Part shown: positions 1-10,145 of the stretch, one piece after another
How positions within the stretch are numbered: position 1 is the first letter of the stretch
Layout: every line of letters starts with the position of its first letter
DNA from: Pelagomonas calceolata
Taxonomy: Eukaryota
NCBI GenBank assembly: GCA_918797485.1
Contig: CAKKNE010000004.1
Coordinates: forward strand, 1,426,001 to 1,490,000
Direction of reading: 5' to 3'
Length of the DNA stretch: 64,000 nucleotides
Notes under the pieces: generated by a model
The model's database searches: none
Told to the model about the DNA's origin: nothing
What the model saw: only the letters and a program-made list of their open reading frames with translations
Translations under genes and position numbers: made by a program

Positions 1-486
1 GCACGTGCCATCATCTAGGCCGGCGCAGGCCGCGCCGCCCCTCAGGAGCATGGCGCGCCGGAGTTGCGGTACGGGGTCCGTCGGCGGGCGCGGCGGCGGC
101 GTGAGGGCTGCGGCCATTCTTCAAATTCAACCGTATCGATCAGCAGGGCTGGGATTCCCGCAGTTACGTTGCTAGGGAGCCTTGTTGTGACCCAATAGCT
201 TACAATTTGGGCGTCAGAGCCTGTCCAATTCAAACTGGCTAATAGGGGGTTTTGGGGTAGGAAACCCGCACTGAGTGAAAATCGGCTCATTGGCGGTCCT
301 GAGACGTCGGGGGGAGCTCGGTGACAATTACATGCTTCGCAAGGAGACAATTTTGTGTTTGGAGATTTTAGCTCGCCGGTCGTAGATCACGGCGCCGCGG
401 ACCGCTGATCGAGGAGTGGAGGCGAGGCCTGCTGGAGAGCACGTGCCTTTGCACAGCGACGAGGACGGAGAGCCGGTTCCGCAGCG

Positions 487-1305
487 ATGGCGGCGAACGT
501 GGCGGCGGAGCTGGACTCGGACGATGACAACTCGTCCGGCTCGAGCGTGGGCATGCCGGTGAGTGCTTTCCCGTCCCAGAGACCTGCGCGCGCATCCCCG
601 CGGGCCGCCGCGCGGACCCGCACCGTGCTGGCGAGCAGCGGTCCCGCGGCCGCGGCCCGACCTTGTCCCGGCCGGCCGCGCCGCGCCGCGCGCCGCCGGC
701 CCTCCCCGCGCCGTCGACGTACGAGACGCACGAGAGGGCAGCACGCACGCAAAACGCCGACGCGCCGCCCCCCGCAGACCCTCGAGGACCAGGAGGACGC
801 GCCGCCGCCGGCCCAGCCCGCGGCCGCGGCCGGCGGCGGCGACGGCGGCGGCGCCAAACAAAACAGGGCCGAGAAGAAGAACCGCAAGGCCATGCAGAAG
901 CTGGGGATGAAGGCCGTGCCCGACGTCGTGCGCGTGACGGTCAAGAAGAGCAAGAACATCTTGTTCGCGATCGGCCACCCCGACGTGTTCAAGAGCGCGA
1001 CGTCGGACACGTACGTCGTCTTCGGCGAGGCGAAGATCGAGGACCTGAGCGCCCAGGCGCAGCAGCAGGCGGCGTCGCAGTTCCAGGCCGCGCAGGCGAG
1101 CATGGGCTCCGGGGCCGCGGCCGCGGCCGCGCCGCCGACGATCCCCGAGGAGGACGAGGGCGGCGACCTCGACGAGAGCGGGTTGGAGCCCAAGGACGTC
1201 GAGCTCGTCATGTCCCAGGCGTCCTGCTCGCGGTCCAAGGCCGTCAAGGCGCTCCGCGCGAACGACGGCGACATCGTGAACGCGATCATGGAGCTGACCA
1301 TGTAA
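487..1305 (+). CDS. NACA: Nascent polypeptide-associated complex subunit alpha; exons 487-558 and 778-1305, intron 559-777
   Basis: NAC domain ([18 protein letters not shown]...[13 protein letters not shown]...PDVFKS...[13 protein letters not shown]) and C-terminal UBA ([36 protein letters not shown]). GTGAGT donor at 559 and CCGCAG acceptor ending 777 remove a low-complexity Arg/Pro stretch, giving MPTLEDQED. Confidence 0.93.
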   Translation: MAANVAAELDSDDDNSSGSSVGMPVSAFPSQRPARASPRAAARTRTVLASSGPAAAARPCPGRPRRAARRRPSPRRRRTRRTRGQHARKTPTRRPPQTLEDQEDAPPPAQPAAAAGGGDGGGAKQNRAEKKNRKAMQKLGMKAVPDVVRVTVKKSKNILFAIGHPDVFKSATSDTYVVFGEAKIEDLSAQAQQQAASQFQAAQASMGSGAAAAAAPPTIPEEDEGGDLDESGLEPKDVELVMSQASCSRSKAVKALRANDGDIVNAIMELTM

Positions 1306-1730
1306 AAGGGGGCTCGCCGGGGGCGCGCGCTTTCTTTCTCTCTTAGTAGACTACTATTATCTCTCGCCGGCGCCTCGGTCGCGACGGTGCCATCGCCGGT
1401 TCCCGGTCTGTCGAAGATGCGAAGAGCGTCGCACCGGACCGTCCCTAGGGGGATACCGCGCGCCGGGAGATTGCTGTTCGAAGTCTGCTCTTGCTGGAAA
1501 ATACCCGCATGCTCCGCGCTAGAGCTCGGCAGGCCGCCACACCTGTACCGGCAACGCTCCCAGGACCACGGTCGAGCCAGACTGAAACCGTTTCGTTGAA
1601 CTATTGCCTGTACCCAACGCGACCGGTTTCGTCCGGTGCCCTTGCTGCCCGCTGCTAAACCAGCCACACCGGTGCCACCACGGCCACCCTCGCCACCTCG
1701 TGCACGGCCTCCTTTGCGTCTGCCACCTAG

Positions 1731-1750
1731 CCCAGCCCAGCCCAGCCCAG
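1731..1750 (+). repeat. (CCCAG)4 microsatellite in 5' leader
   Basis: cccagcccagcccagcccag directly visible 26 bp before the ATG at 1777. Confidence 0.8.
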
Positions 1751-1776
1751 CGCTCCACCAATTCCTGCCACCTAAC

Positions 1777-2373
1777 ATGGACAAAAGCGAATACATCATT
1801 ATCTCCGGCCTCTGCTGCGACAATACGTACCTCGACACGGCCCCCACGGTCTGCGGCGCCGGCGAGTCGGAGTGCCTCTGCTGCGCGTCCGACTACGTGC
1901 TGTGCGGCGAGCTCGACTACGTCCCCCGGATGTGTACCCTCCTCCCCGGGTGCGCCATCATCCCCAAGTTCGGCTGCTGCAAGACCGTGGACCACTACTT
2001 CCCCGGCGAGGCGGCGCTGGCGAAGAAGAAGGACCGCATTGTCTGCGACGCGACGTGCTGCGGTTGCTGTTACGAAACCCATTACTTCAAGGATCCGGAG
2101 TGCGCCTGCCGCAGCACGTCGCGCATGTGCTGCTGCCTGGTCAGCGAGTTCGCGCTGCCGTGCGCCGACGACGTCCCGAAGACGTTCGTCCTCTACGGCC
2201 TCATGCTCTACCCCAAGATCGGCTGCTGCGTCAAGGTGAAGGACGTCATGCCGGCCCAGGTGGCGCCCGCCGCCGAGAAGGAGGGCGGCGCGCCGCCCGC
2301 GGCCGAGGCCGGCGCCGTCGCGGCCGAGGCGATGGGCGAGCGCGGGGCCGTCGACCTCGCCGAGGCCGAGTGA
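1777..2373 (+). CDS. Cysteine-rich protein of unknown function with two-fold internal repeat
   Basis: ATG at 1777, strong GC3 codon bias, 24 Cys in 198 aa; repeat halves PRMCTLLPGCAIIPKFGCCKTV and PKTFVLYGLMLYPKIGCCVKV. Confidence 0.75.
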   Translation: MDKSEYIIISGLCCDNTYLDTAPTVCGAGESECLCCASDYVLCGELDYVPRMCTLLPGCAIIPKFGCCKTVDHYFPGEAALAKKKDRIVCDATCCGCCYETHYFKDPECACRSTSRMCCCLVSEFALPCADDVPKTFVLYGLMLYPKIGCCVKVKDVMPAQVAPAAEKEGGAPPAAEAGAVAAEAMGERGAVDLAEAE

Positions 2374-2789
2374 GACCCGCCACGCATTCGAAGTTCCCGT
2401 GGACGCCGCGCGCCTCCACCGGAGCGCCCCCCGACCCTGCGTTTTAATTGCATTGCTAGCCACCAGCCGCGTTAAACTAGGGGCGCGGCGACGGCGTCGA
2501 GGCTGGTTCCTGGGCCGATCTGTCTGTGAAAGCGTCGTATCAGACCGTTCGAGGAGGCGTGTCTGGATATACCGCGCGCGGGAGATTGCGTCCAAGTCGA
2601 AGTCTGGAGCTTGTCATTACGTTTTGTTTTTTGCGTGCAATTTACTTGGCTACTGGCAAACGCTGCTGGCTAGTTTTGCGCGGTATAGTCAGTCATCTAT
2701 AAACAATTGGCGCGCGATTTTGCTGCAATTGCTGCACGGAGATCAAGTGTGAAGAGGGGAAGCGATAATTCAGCATTGCATCCGGCGGC

Positions 2790-3884
2790 ATGGCTGCGAT
2801 TGTACACGAGGAAATCTCAGTAACAGCAACCGCGACGCCGGCGCCGGGCAGCGCCCTCGCGGCACTCCGTAAAGATCAAGGCGCCGACGCCCTCGCTCAG
2901 CTCGGCGACGCGTCAACCTGCGACGCGTTCCTCGCCGACGACGACGCGTGCGCGTTCCTCGCCGTGGCGTGCGAACGCGCGCCGCGCACGCGCTTGCGCG
3001 TGCGCCTGGAGCTGCGCGCGGGCGGCGGCCTCGAGGCGCTCGCGGCGCTCGTGAGGGCCGCGCCGCCGCGCCCGGGCGCGTTGCGACTCGCCGCGGCCCT
3101 CGCCGGCGACGCGGCGGGCGCCCGGGCGCTGGCGCGGCGCGGCGCGCGCCACGCCGCCACGAAGGCGCTCGACGACGGCCGGACGAGCGACGCTGCGGCG
3201 AGTCTCTTGGCGGCCGTCGTCAGCGCCAGCGAGTCCGACGACGACGACGACGAGGGCCTCGTCGCCTACGGCTCCGCCGTGTTCCGCCGGACGCTAAGAG
3301 GGCGCCAGCGGTCCCACAGCGACGTGGGCTTCTGCACGTGGCCGAGCGCGGCGGTCCTCGCGTCGCTCGCGCCGCAGGAAATCCCGGCGGCCTCCCGCGT
3401 GCTGGAGCTCGGCGCCGGGACGGGCCTCGCGGGGCTGGTGTTCGCGTCGCGCGCTTTGTGCGGCGCCGTGACGCTCTCGGACCGCAAGGGAGCTTGTTTA
3501 GCAAACTTGCGGGAGGCCGTGGCCGTGAACGACTTTGGGGCGTGTGATGTGACCGTGGAGCGCGTCGACTTCTGCGCGCCGCCATCAAGCATCGCGGCGA
3601 GTTACGACGCGGTCATCGCCGCGGACTGCGTCTATTCGCCTGAGACGGCCACGGCGCTGGTGGCGACGGTGAGGACGGCGCTGAAGCCCGGCGGCCTGGC
3701 GTTGGTGGTCTGCGCCGAGACCCGCGTGCGCTTCGGCAGCGAGCTCGTCGAGAGCGCCTTCGCGGAGGAAGGATTTGAAGGTACCGTCGAGACCGTCACG
3801 CCGCACGCTTTGCCATTTCTAGCAGAGGCGGCGGGCTACGCTGAGGGCATGAGCTTCGACGTGCACCGCTGGCGCCTCATATAA
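2790..3884 (+). CDS. Class I SAM-dependent protein-lysine methyltransferase (Methyltransf_16, METTL21/EEF2KMT-like) with helical N-terminus
   Basis: DVGFCTWPSAAVL, VLELGAGTGLAGL, VTLSD and YDAVIAADCVY motifs. Confidence 0.85.
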   Translation: MAAIVHEEISVTATATPAPGSALAALRKDQGADALAQLGDASTCDAFLADDDACAFLAVACERAPRTRLRVRLELRAGGGLEALAALVRAAPPRPGALRLAAALAGDAAGARALARRGARHAATKALDDGRTSDAAASLLAAVVSASESDDDDDEGLVAYGSAVFRRTLRGRQRSHSDVGFCTWPSAAVLASLAPQEIPAASRVLELGAGTGLAGLVFASRALCGAVTLSDRKGACLANLREAVAVNDFGACDVTVERVDFCAPPSSIAASYDAVIAADCVYSPETATALVATVRTALKPGGLALVVCAETRVRFGSELVESAFAEEGFEGTVETVTPHALPFLAEAAGYAEGMSFDVHRWRLI

Positions 3885-3902
3885 AACCTATGTATTATGT
3901 TC

Positions 3903-5411
3903 CTAGATCGTCGCCATGCTCGGGTCCTTCTTCTCGCCGTCCTCGGCGCGCTGCAGCTCCCCGTCCAGGCTCCGCCGCGAGTCGCCGTCGAGCGACCGCC
4001 GGCTGCTCCCCTTGGCCGTCACGGCGCGCGGGCTCCCGAAGTTGTGCGACGACGCGACGGACGTGACGGCGACGTGCGACAGGAGCCGCCGCGACGTGCC
4101 GCTCCCCGTGAGGCCGAAGCGGCCCGACGAGCTGCCCGACGACGGCCGCGACGACGGCCGGTCGCCGAGGGACGCCCGGGCCTTGGGCGACCCGTCGAGC
4201 GACGGCGACCGCCGCGCCCGGCCGGACTCCTCGAGCGCGGCCAGGTCGAGCGTCGGCGTCTTCGGCTCGCCCTCCGGGACGCTCGTCAGCGGCTGTATCC
4301 GTCGTATGTCCGGCGGTTTGGGGGACGAGGGGTCCTTCGGCGATAAGAGGGGAAGGCCGACGCACACAAAAACAATCCCGAAGCAAAAGAAGAGCCAGTG
4401 GCCCGGCTCGAACCGCGAAAATTCCCCAAAATAGATACCTCCCGAAATGATCGCGAAAATGATGAAGCCCGCCTGCAGCAAGGGTATGATGAAGATGGGA
4501 TCATAGAGCCCCAGGGCCTCGTTCATGCGGTACAGCCAGACGGCGACGAAAAACACCCACGCAAACAGCGTCACGTACGTCCAATAATTCAAAAACATGT
4601 TCCCGAAGCCTTGTAATCCCCCGGGCTCGCTCCGGTCGACATAATACAAAATCAAAATGGCCAGACACTTCGCCTGGACGACGCTCTGCGCCCCAAATAT
4701 AGCCGAGAACGCCGCGTACGACGCCGGCGCGACGTACCGGTGCGCCGGGAGCGGCGTGCCCTTCTTAAAGGCCGCGTCGTAGCGCTTGTGGACGCAGTGT
4801 AGGAAGAGGGCCGACACGACCGACAGGGCCAGATATGCTAAATATAACTCCGAATTCACCGTCTCGCCCATGTACTGCCTTTTCAAGGAGTGGGGCCGGC
4901 CCGACAGGGCCGTAGGTTTCGACAGGCCCGCGGTCAAGACGGCCAGGAGCGTGCCGCCGCAAATCAGAACCGTGCCGGCCATCATTCGTTTCCGAATCTT
5001 CTTCTTCAGGAGGACGCGTCCGAAAATGATGTTCGTCACGAACTGGATGGATTCCAAGGGCGCGAGCATGACCGAGGGAGCAAACGCATACGACGCGAAG
5101 TTTAACAAAGCACCGGTAACAAAAACAGTGGTACCAATAACCCAGGTCCGCGACTCGCTCGGCTCGCGCGCGGGCTTCTCGGCCTCGTCACTACCGCCGT
5201 TGTCGAGCTCGTCGAGCTCCTCCCTTTTTTGTAATTCTTTGAGACCCATGGACTGCAAATTGTTGCCCGTGTTGATGGCCACCGAGCCCAACAGGCCCAA
5301 AACCAACCCGAGCGCGATGGACCACAACGGTAGTTCGACGGTGTCCCGTTCTTCATCGGTGAGCACAGGTTGGCTCGGCGCCGCCGTGGGCGCGCCCGTC
5401 GCCGTGGACAT
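3903..5411 (-). CDS. NIPA-family magnesium transporter-like membrane protein
   Basis: GNNLQ, WVIG...GALLNFASYAFAP..LAPLESIQFVTN and IIPLLQAGFIIFAIISGGIYFGEF motifs; multiple TM segments; ATG at 5411. Confidence 0.88.
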   Translation of the reverse strand: MSTATGAPTAAPSQPVLTDEERDTVELPLWSIALGLVLGLLGSVAINTGNNLQSMGLKELQKREELDELDNGGSDEAEKPAREPSESRTWVIGTTVFVTGALLNFASYAFAPSVMLAPLESIQFVTNIIFGRVLLKKKIRKRMMAGTVLICGGTLLAVLTAGLSKPTALSGRPHSLKRQYMGETVNSELYLAYLALSVVSALFLHCVHKRYDAAFKKGTPLPAHRYVAPASYAAFSAIFGAQSVVQAKCLAILILYYVDRSEPGGLQGFGNMFLNYWTYVTLFAWVFFVAVWLYRMNEALGLYDPIFIIPLLQAGFIIFAIISGGIYFGEFSRFEPGHWLFFCFGIVFVCVGLPLLSPKDPSSPKPPDIRRIQPLTSVPEGEPKTPTLDLAALEESGRARRSPSLDGSPKARASLGDRPSSRPSSGSSSGRFGLTGSGTSRRLLSHVAVTSVASSHNFGSPRAVTAKGSSRRSLDGDSRRSLDGELQRAEDGEKKDPSMATI

Positions 5412-5802
5412 CCTGGCAGCCTGGGCTGCCCGCCGGACGGGTGGCTGCCCGGCGCGGCCTAAGCTACCGTCGTCGCCTTGAAAGGTCGGCAGGCATGGCA
5501 ATCCGTTGCACTCGCACTCGCGAGGCTGCAAGTGCCGGCGTTTCGCAGACCACACGCGCGGACGCCGGTTTTGCCAAAGTTAACCCCTGGCCCGACGCGC
5601 CGGCGCGGCCCCGCGGGGAGTCCTCGGGGCGGGCCGCGGGAGCCGTCGGGGCCGGTCGAGCCGTCCCGGGGGGCGCGTCGCCCCACACGCGCGCGGGGGC
5701 CCCGCGGTGGCCCGTAGTGAATTGGTGGCGCAGGAAGCTTGGCGCGGGCACTACGGGGAGTGGTTGACGGCGCAGGAAGCTAGGACACGACAACACGAAC
5801 AG

Positions 5803-7362
5803 TTAGCCCGACCCGAAGAGGGGCGTCGCGGACCGCTGCGTCGCGCGCAGCGGCGTCATGCCCCGGAGGCTCGCCCACGTCTCCGAGGCGGCCGACCCCA
5901 CGCGCGAGTCCAGGCGCAGCGGCGCGAGCGGCGTGCGCGCGCGCGCGAACGCGTCGCCGGCGAAGCGCACGCTTTTTGGGGTGGGCGCCGCGTCGAAGAG
6001 CGCCGGCGACGCGCCGCCGGGCCGCACGACCGCCTCGGGCGTGTCCGGCAGCGAGAAGCGCACGGACCGGGGCCGGCCCTTGCGCTTCGGCGTGGCCCGC
6101 GGCGGCGCCGCGGCCGCGAAGGACACGGACCGGGCCGACCGCGGCTCGTGGAAGAGGCCCTCCCAGCCTTGCAAAGGGGCCTTGTCCGAGCCGCGGGTCC
6201 CGGGCCGCGAGCCCGGCGTGGCGGAGCGGCCCGTCCCGGGCCGCGAGGCGGGCGTGCGCGGCATGGCCAGCGGCGCGGCCCACGAGATCGAGGGCGTTTT
6301 GGGCGTCGCGGGCGGCACGGCCCATTGGATGGGCGGCGGCTCGACCCAGTACGGCTTCCGCGCGCGCTGCTGCCGCGCGAAGGCCCGGTGCATCGTGCCC
6401 CGGAGCCGCGCGAGTCGCTCGACGAGGCGCCGGTCCTCGCGGCACGCCGTCGACACGCGCCGCTGTTTTTTGGCGAGCTTTTTCAGCCGGCGCTGGCGCG
6501 CCGCCTCCTGCAGCGTCGTCACCGTCGTCGTCCGCCGCTTCACGCGCGCGGCGACGACGGCCTGCACCGCGGCGTCCGGGAGCCAGTCCTCGCACTGCGA
6601 GTTCGGCCGCGAAACGTTGGAGAAGCTCCGTCGCAACCGCACGAACTTGCGTCTCTCGAACTCGTCGGAAGCGTGCGCCGCCTTCCGCCGCCGGCGCAAT
6701 TCTCGCCTCAGACTCAACGCCGTTGATAGGCTCCGCTGCAGGGCCGCCGCGGCGAGGTGGCGGATCCGCGGCGGGTCCACGCGGCACTCCAGCGACAGAC
6801 TTCGAATGGCCTTCCGGAGCGCGTTCACTTTCCGCAGGGCCTCGCTCTTCAGGACCTTCGCGTCGATCTCGAAGCGCACGAGCTCGTGGCGCCGCCGGCC
6901 GACGGCGGTCCGCGCGTCGTCGACGCCCGCCTCGAGGGGCTCTAACTGAGCCTTGAGGCGCTTTACTATTTCTCGCTTCGCGGCGGCGCTCGCAATTAGT
7001 GCTTCCCGCGCGTCCTTGGCCTCGTCGCGGCAGACGACGCGCGGTCTACACGGCAGGGGCCGGAAGCGTAAGTTACATGCCGCCGCGGCGACCGCCGCCG
7101 CCGCGTCCGCGTCGTCGCGGGACGCGCCGTTCGCTTTGGCCTCGCGGCACGCGACGAAGGCGGCCCTACTTATAAACCGCCGCGCCGCGACGCGCCGCAG
7201 GGCGTCGAGCACGACGAGTTTCGCCGCGGCCTGACTGATCCGGCTGTTGCGTTGCTCGGAGAGCCGCCGCTGCGAGCGCTCCACAGCCGCCGCGGCGGCG
7301 CCGAACGCGCAGCGCTCGAACGCCTGCCCCTGGGCGATTTCGAAGTAGGTCAGGCCGGTCAT
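5803..7362 (-). CDS. Hypothetical coiled-coil protein with IQ-like segments and SRPGT repeats
   Basis: Long ORF, first ATG at 7362; coiled-coil-like middle, LQEAARQRRLKK-type segments, low-complexity tail. Confidence 0.55.
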   Translation of the reverse strand: MTGLTYFEIAQGQAFERCAFGAAAAAVERSQRRLSEQRNSRISQAAAKLVVLDALRRVAARRFISRAAFVACREAKANGASRDDADAAAAVAAAACNLRFRPLPCRPRVVCRDEAKDAREALIASAAAKREIVKRLKAQLEPLEAGVDDARTAVGRRRHELVRFEIDAKVLKSEALRKVNALRKAIRSLSLECRVDPPRIRHLAAAALQRSLSTALSLRRELRRRRKAAHASDEFERRKFVRLRRSFSNVSRPNSQCEDWLPDAAVQAVVAARVKRRTTTVTTLQEAARQRRLKKLAKKQRRVSTACREDRRLVERLARLRGTMHRAFARQQRARKPYWVEPPPIQWAVPPATPKTPSISWAAPLAMPRTPASRPGTGRSATPGSRPGTRGSDKAPLQGWEGLFHEPRSARSVSFAAAAPPRATPKRKGRPRSVRFSLPDTPEAVVRPGGASPALFDAAPTPKSVRFAGDAFARARTPLAPLRLDSRVGSAASETWASLRGMTPLRATQRSATPLFGSG

Positions 7363-7626
7363 GAGGCCATGGGGCTGCCCGGCGCCGCGCGACGCCTGCA
7401 GCGCCGATCGATGTGAGAGCTTGCATCGAGTCGAACCCGCACCCAAAGGAGTGTATGCGTCTGTGTATCTGTCCGAGGTCTCGGGGCGCGTCCCGATGAG
7501 TAGTGCAGGCGCGGGACGGAGCGTGCTTTTGGCTGGTTTTGGCAGTGGCCTTGCCACTGCCATTATGCCAGGCTATTCGGCTGTGAGCGCGCGGCATCGT
7601 AAAAAAAAACATTGGGGCTGCCTAAC

Positions 7627-8946
7627 ATGAAGCTCATCAAGAGCTGCGGCGCCTGTGCTGCCCAGCTCCCAGACCTGGGGGCGAAGCAATGCAGCAACTG
7701 CAAGACGGGCTACTGTGGGCGGTCCTGCCAGGTGCAGCACTGGAGAGAGGGCGGTCACGACAAGCTCTGTAAGAAAATAAAGAAAGCAGGCGGTGCTGAG
7801 CAGTACTACGCTGATAAGAAGTGCGCGGAGGCCATCGCGCTCGCGGTCGAGGAATGCGCGGACGACACCAAAGGCCAGACGTGCTTCATCTGCACGGAGG
7901 CCCTTCATCGGAAGACGAAGGAAGGTCTCGTACGCGGGTGCGCATGCCGCGGGACCGCGGGCTTTGTCCACGTGTCGTGCCTGGCGGAGCAGGCCAAGAT
8001 TTGGGTGGCGGAGGCGGAGGAGAACAATTTGGGCAACGATGCGTTGTATGAGAGGTTCCGGCGGTGGGACACGTGCAGCTTGTGCGAGCAGGAGTACTTC
8101 GGCGTCGTATTGTGCGCGCTCGGCTGGGCGTGCTGGAGGACCTACGTGGGGCGGCCGGATGGGGACGAGATTCAGTGCCATGCGATTAACTTGCTTGGGA
8201 ACGGTTTGTCAGCCGCAGATCGCCTCGAGGACGAGTTGTCCGCGCGAGAGGCCGAGTTGTCTACGCTGCGGCGCCTTGGCGGAACAGAAGCGGAAGTGCT
8301 TGGCGTTCTGGGTAATCTTGCGATAACGTATTCTGCGCTTGGACGGCCCGAGGCCCTGCAGATGGCACGGGACGTATACAATGGATATTTAAGACTCTTT
8401 GGCGAAGAAAATAAAGAGACCCTCCTAGGTGCCAACAACTACGCGAAATCCCTCATTGATCTACGGCGCTTCGGAGAAGCCAGATCCTTGCTGTGTAAAA
8501 CCCTGCCCGTTGCACAAAGCGTGCTTGGAGATAATAAGGATCTCACGCTCTGGATGAGGTGGAATTACGCGGAGGCGCTCTACAAAGATGAGGGCGCCAC
8601 GTTCGACGATCTCAGCGAGGCCGTAGATACGCTCGCAAAGACGGCACAGACGGCGCGGCGCGTGCTCGGAAGATCGCATCCTGATGCAGTGAGTATTAAG
8701 CAATCCATGCAAAACGCGTTCGCCGTGCTCCGCGCCATGGCCTCCGCGTCAGAGGACCCGGCAGTACGACTGGCAATTGCCCTCCACACGGCGCTATGTT
8801 GTGAGGCGGTGCCCGAGCTCGACGACTTGCGCGACCTGGGTTTCAACGGCGAGGCGGCGCGGCGCGTCGTGGCGCTCCGAGCGAAGCTTGCAGCGACGCC
8901 CGCCGGCGCGACGGTGGACGCGGACGCGTCCGCCGTGCGAGCATAA
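7627..8946 (+). CDS. MYND zinc finger - RINGv - TPR-like repeat protein (copy 1)
   Basis: CGAC...CSNCKTGYCGRSCQVQHWREGGHDKLC (MYND); CFIC...GCACRGTAGFVHVSCL...CSLC (RINGv); kinesin-light-chain-type TPRs (RRVLGRSHP). Confidence 0.88.
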   Translation: MKLIKSCGACAAQLPDLGAKQCSNCKTGYCGRSCQVQHWREGGHDKLCKKIKKAGGAEQYYADKKCAEAIALAVEECADDTKGQTCFICTEALHRKTKEGLVRGCACRGTAGFVHVSCLAEQAKIWVAEAEENNLGNDALYERFRRWDTCSLCEQEYFGVVLCALGWACWRTYVGRPDGDEIQCHAINLLGNGLSAADRLEDELSAREAELSTLRRLGGTEAEVLGVLGNLAITYSALGRPEALQMARDVYNGYLRLFGEENKETLLGANNYAKSLIDLRRFGEARSLLCKTLPVAQSVLGDNKDLTLWMRWNYAEALYKDEGATFDDLSEAVDTLAKTAQTARRVLGRSHPDAVSIKQSMQNAFAVLRAMASASEDPAVRLAIALHTALCCEAVPELDDLRDLGFNGEAARRVVALRAKLAATPAGATVDADASAVRA

Positions 8947-8983
8947 GTCTAGGCCACAAATACACAGCAAAACTACTACACGC

Positions 8984-9739
8984 CTAGTCGACGACGACCT
9001 CGAACGACTCCGCGGCCCGCCGCAGCGCGCCGAGCGCCGCGTCGCCCGCGCCCTTCGGCGCCGACGCCGTGAAGACCCAGAGCGTGTCGACGTAGCGCTG
9101 CTCCATCTCGCCCTCGTCCATGCGCCGCTGCTCCTCCAGCGTGCGCGCTTGCGACTCGAGGGACACCGATACCCTTGCTTCCACATACCGCGTGCCCCGT
9201 CGCAGGCACTCGCCGTCCTCGGACAGGCGTCGACACGCGTCGGCGTCGTAGCCGTAGGCGACGTAGCGCCTGCCACCTCTCGTCTCGACGGAGGCCGCGC
9301 CCGGATCGAGCTTGACGCCTTGCAGCGGCGACTGGGGGTTCGAAGCCTGCTTCTGCAGCGAGGTCTTCATGATCGCGGCGATCTTCGACGCACCGATCTT
9401 CTCCGCGTCGGTTCGGGAAGAAAAGTACTTGGCCAGGACCAGCTGGTCCTCGGGCGCGAAGGACGCCGCCGCGGCCCGCCCGAGCGGCACCTTCAGGAGT
9501 TTTAGTTCTGTATCGTTCTCACCGGTGGCCGTGAGCATGGTCTCCGGCCGGATTCGGACCGACGAGGCCTGCTTCTTCGTCACACTGTAGTCCTTGAGCA
9601 CGCCCAGTCGCCACTCGTCGGCGGCGAACGCAGGGCGCGGGAGCGCGGCGGCCGCGGCACCGGCGCCGAGCGCGCGGCGGGTCGTGCAGCGCAGGGCCGT
9701 CGCGGTGGCGAGCGTTGTTAGGAGGGGTGCGACGTGCAT
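8984..9739 (-). CDS. Putative thylakoid-lumen protein, PsbP-like
   Basis: Signal peptide, then twin-Arg (TTRRALG), hydrophobic stretch and AFA-A cleavage site; C-terminal LWVFTASAP...LRRAAESFEVV resembles the PsbP-fold end. Confidence 0.6.
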   Translation of the reverse strand: MHVAPLLTTLATATALRCTTRRALGAGAAAAALPRPAFAADEWRLGVLKDYSVTKKQASSVRIRPETMLTATGENDTELKLLKVPLGRAAAASFAPEDQLVLAKYFSSRTDAEKIGASKIAAIMKTSLQKQASNPQSPLQGVKLDPGAASVETRGGRRYVAYGYDADACRRLSEDGECLRRGTRYVEARVSVSLESQARTLEEQRRMDEGEMEQRYVDTLWVFTASAPKGAGDAALGALRRAAESFEVVVD

Positions 9740-10145
9740 GGTCGTGCGGCTCAGAGCGGTAGGATTGCAGCTTAGAGTTGCAAGAGCTTGCCTGCTTATT
9801 TTGCTGAATCGCAGCGCTGGCGTCGAGGCCGCTAGTTCTTGGCTCTTTGATGATGTTACTCCCACGGCCTCGTTCGAAGCGAAAGGCGCAAAAATGAAGC
9901 TCTGAGCGCTCAGTGCGTCTTTTTTTTCCAGCTAGCGACCAGTGAGACACTAGCAAGCCTGAAAAGCTCGAAAAAAACCGCGGATCGCATCTACACGACA
10001 AAAGAGGCGAGAATATCATCGCTGTCAGCTCACTCTGCAAGCTCTCTTTGCGTGTGCGCAATTGCAGCGCACGGCGGTAGCACAACACACCCCAGCCAGG
10101 CCTAGGGTGGCCCGCGCGCGGCACCGCAGCGCGACCAGTGAAAGA

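Noticed and set aside
100..370. Possible structured ncRNA (snRNA, RNase P or SRP-like fragments) in the AT-richer leader
   Set aside because: Only short partial resemblances in the wrong order; cannot be supported without a covariance-model search.
2740..2751. GATCAAGTGT resembling U2 snRNA
   Set aside because: Lacks the following AGTATCTG branch-pairing sequence and the U2 5' stem.
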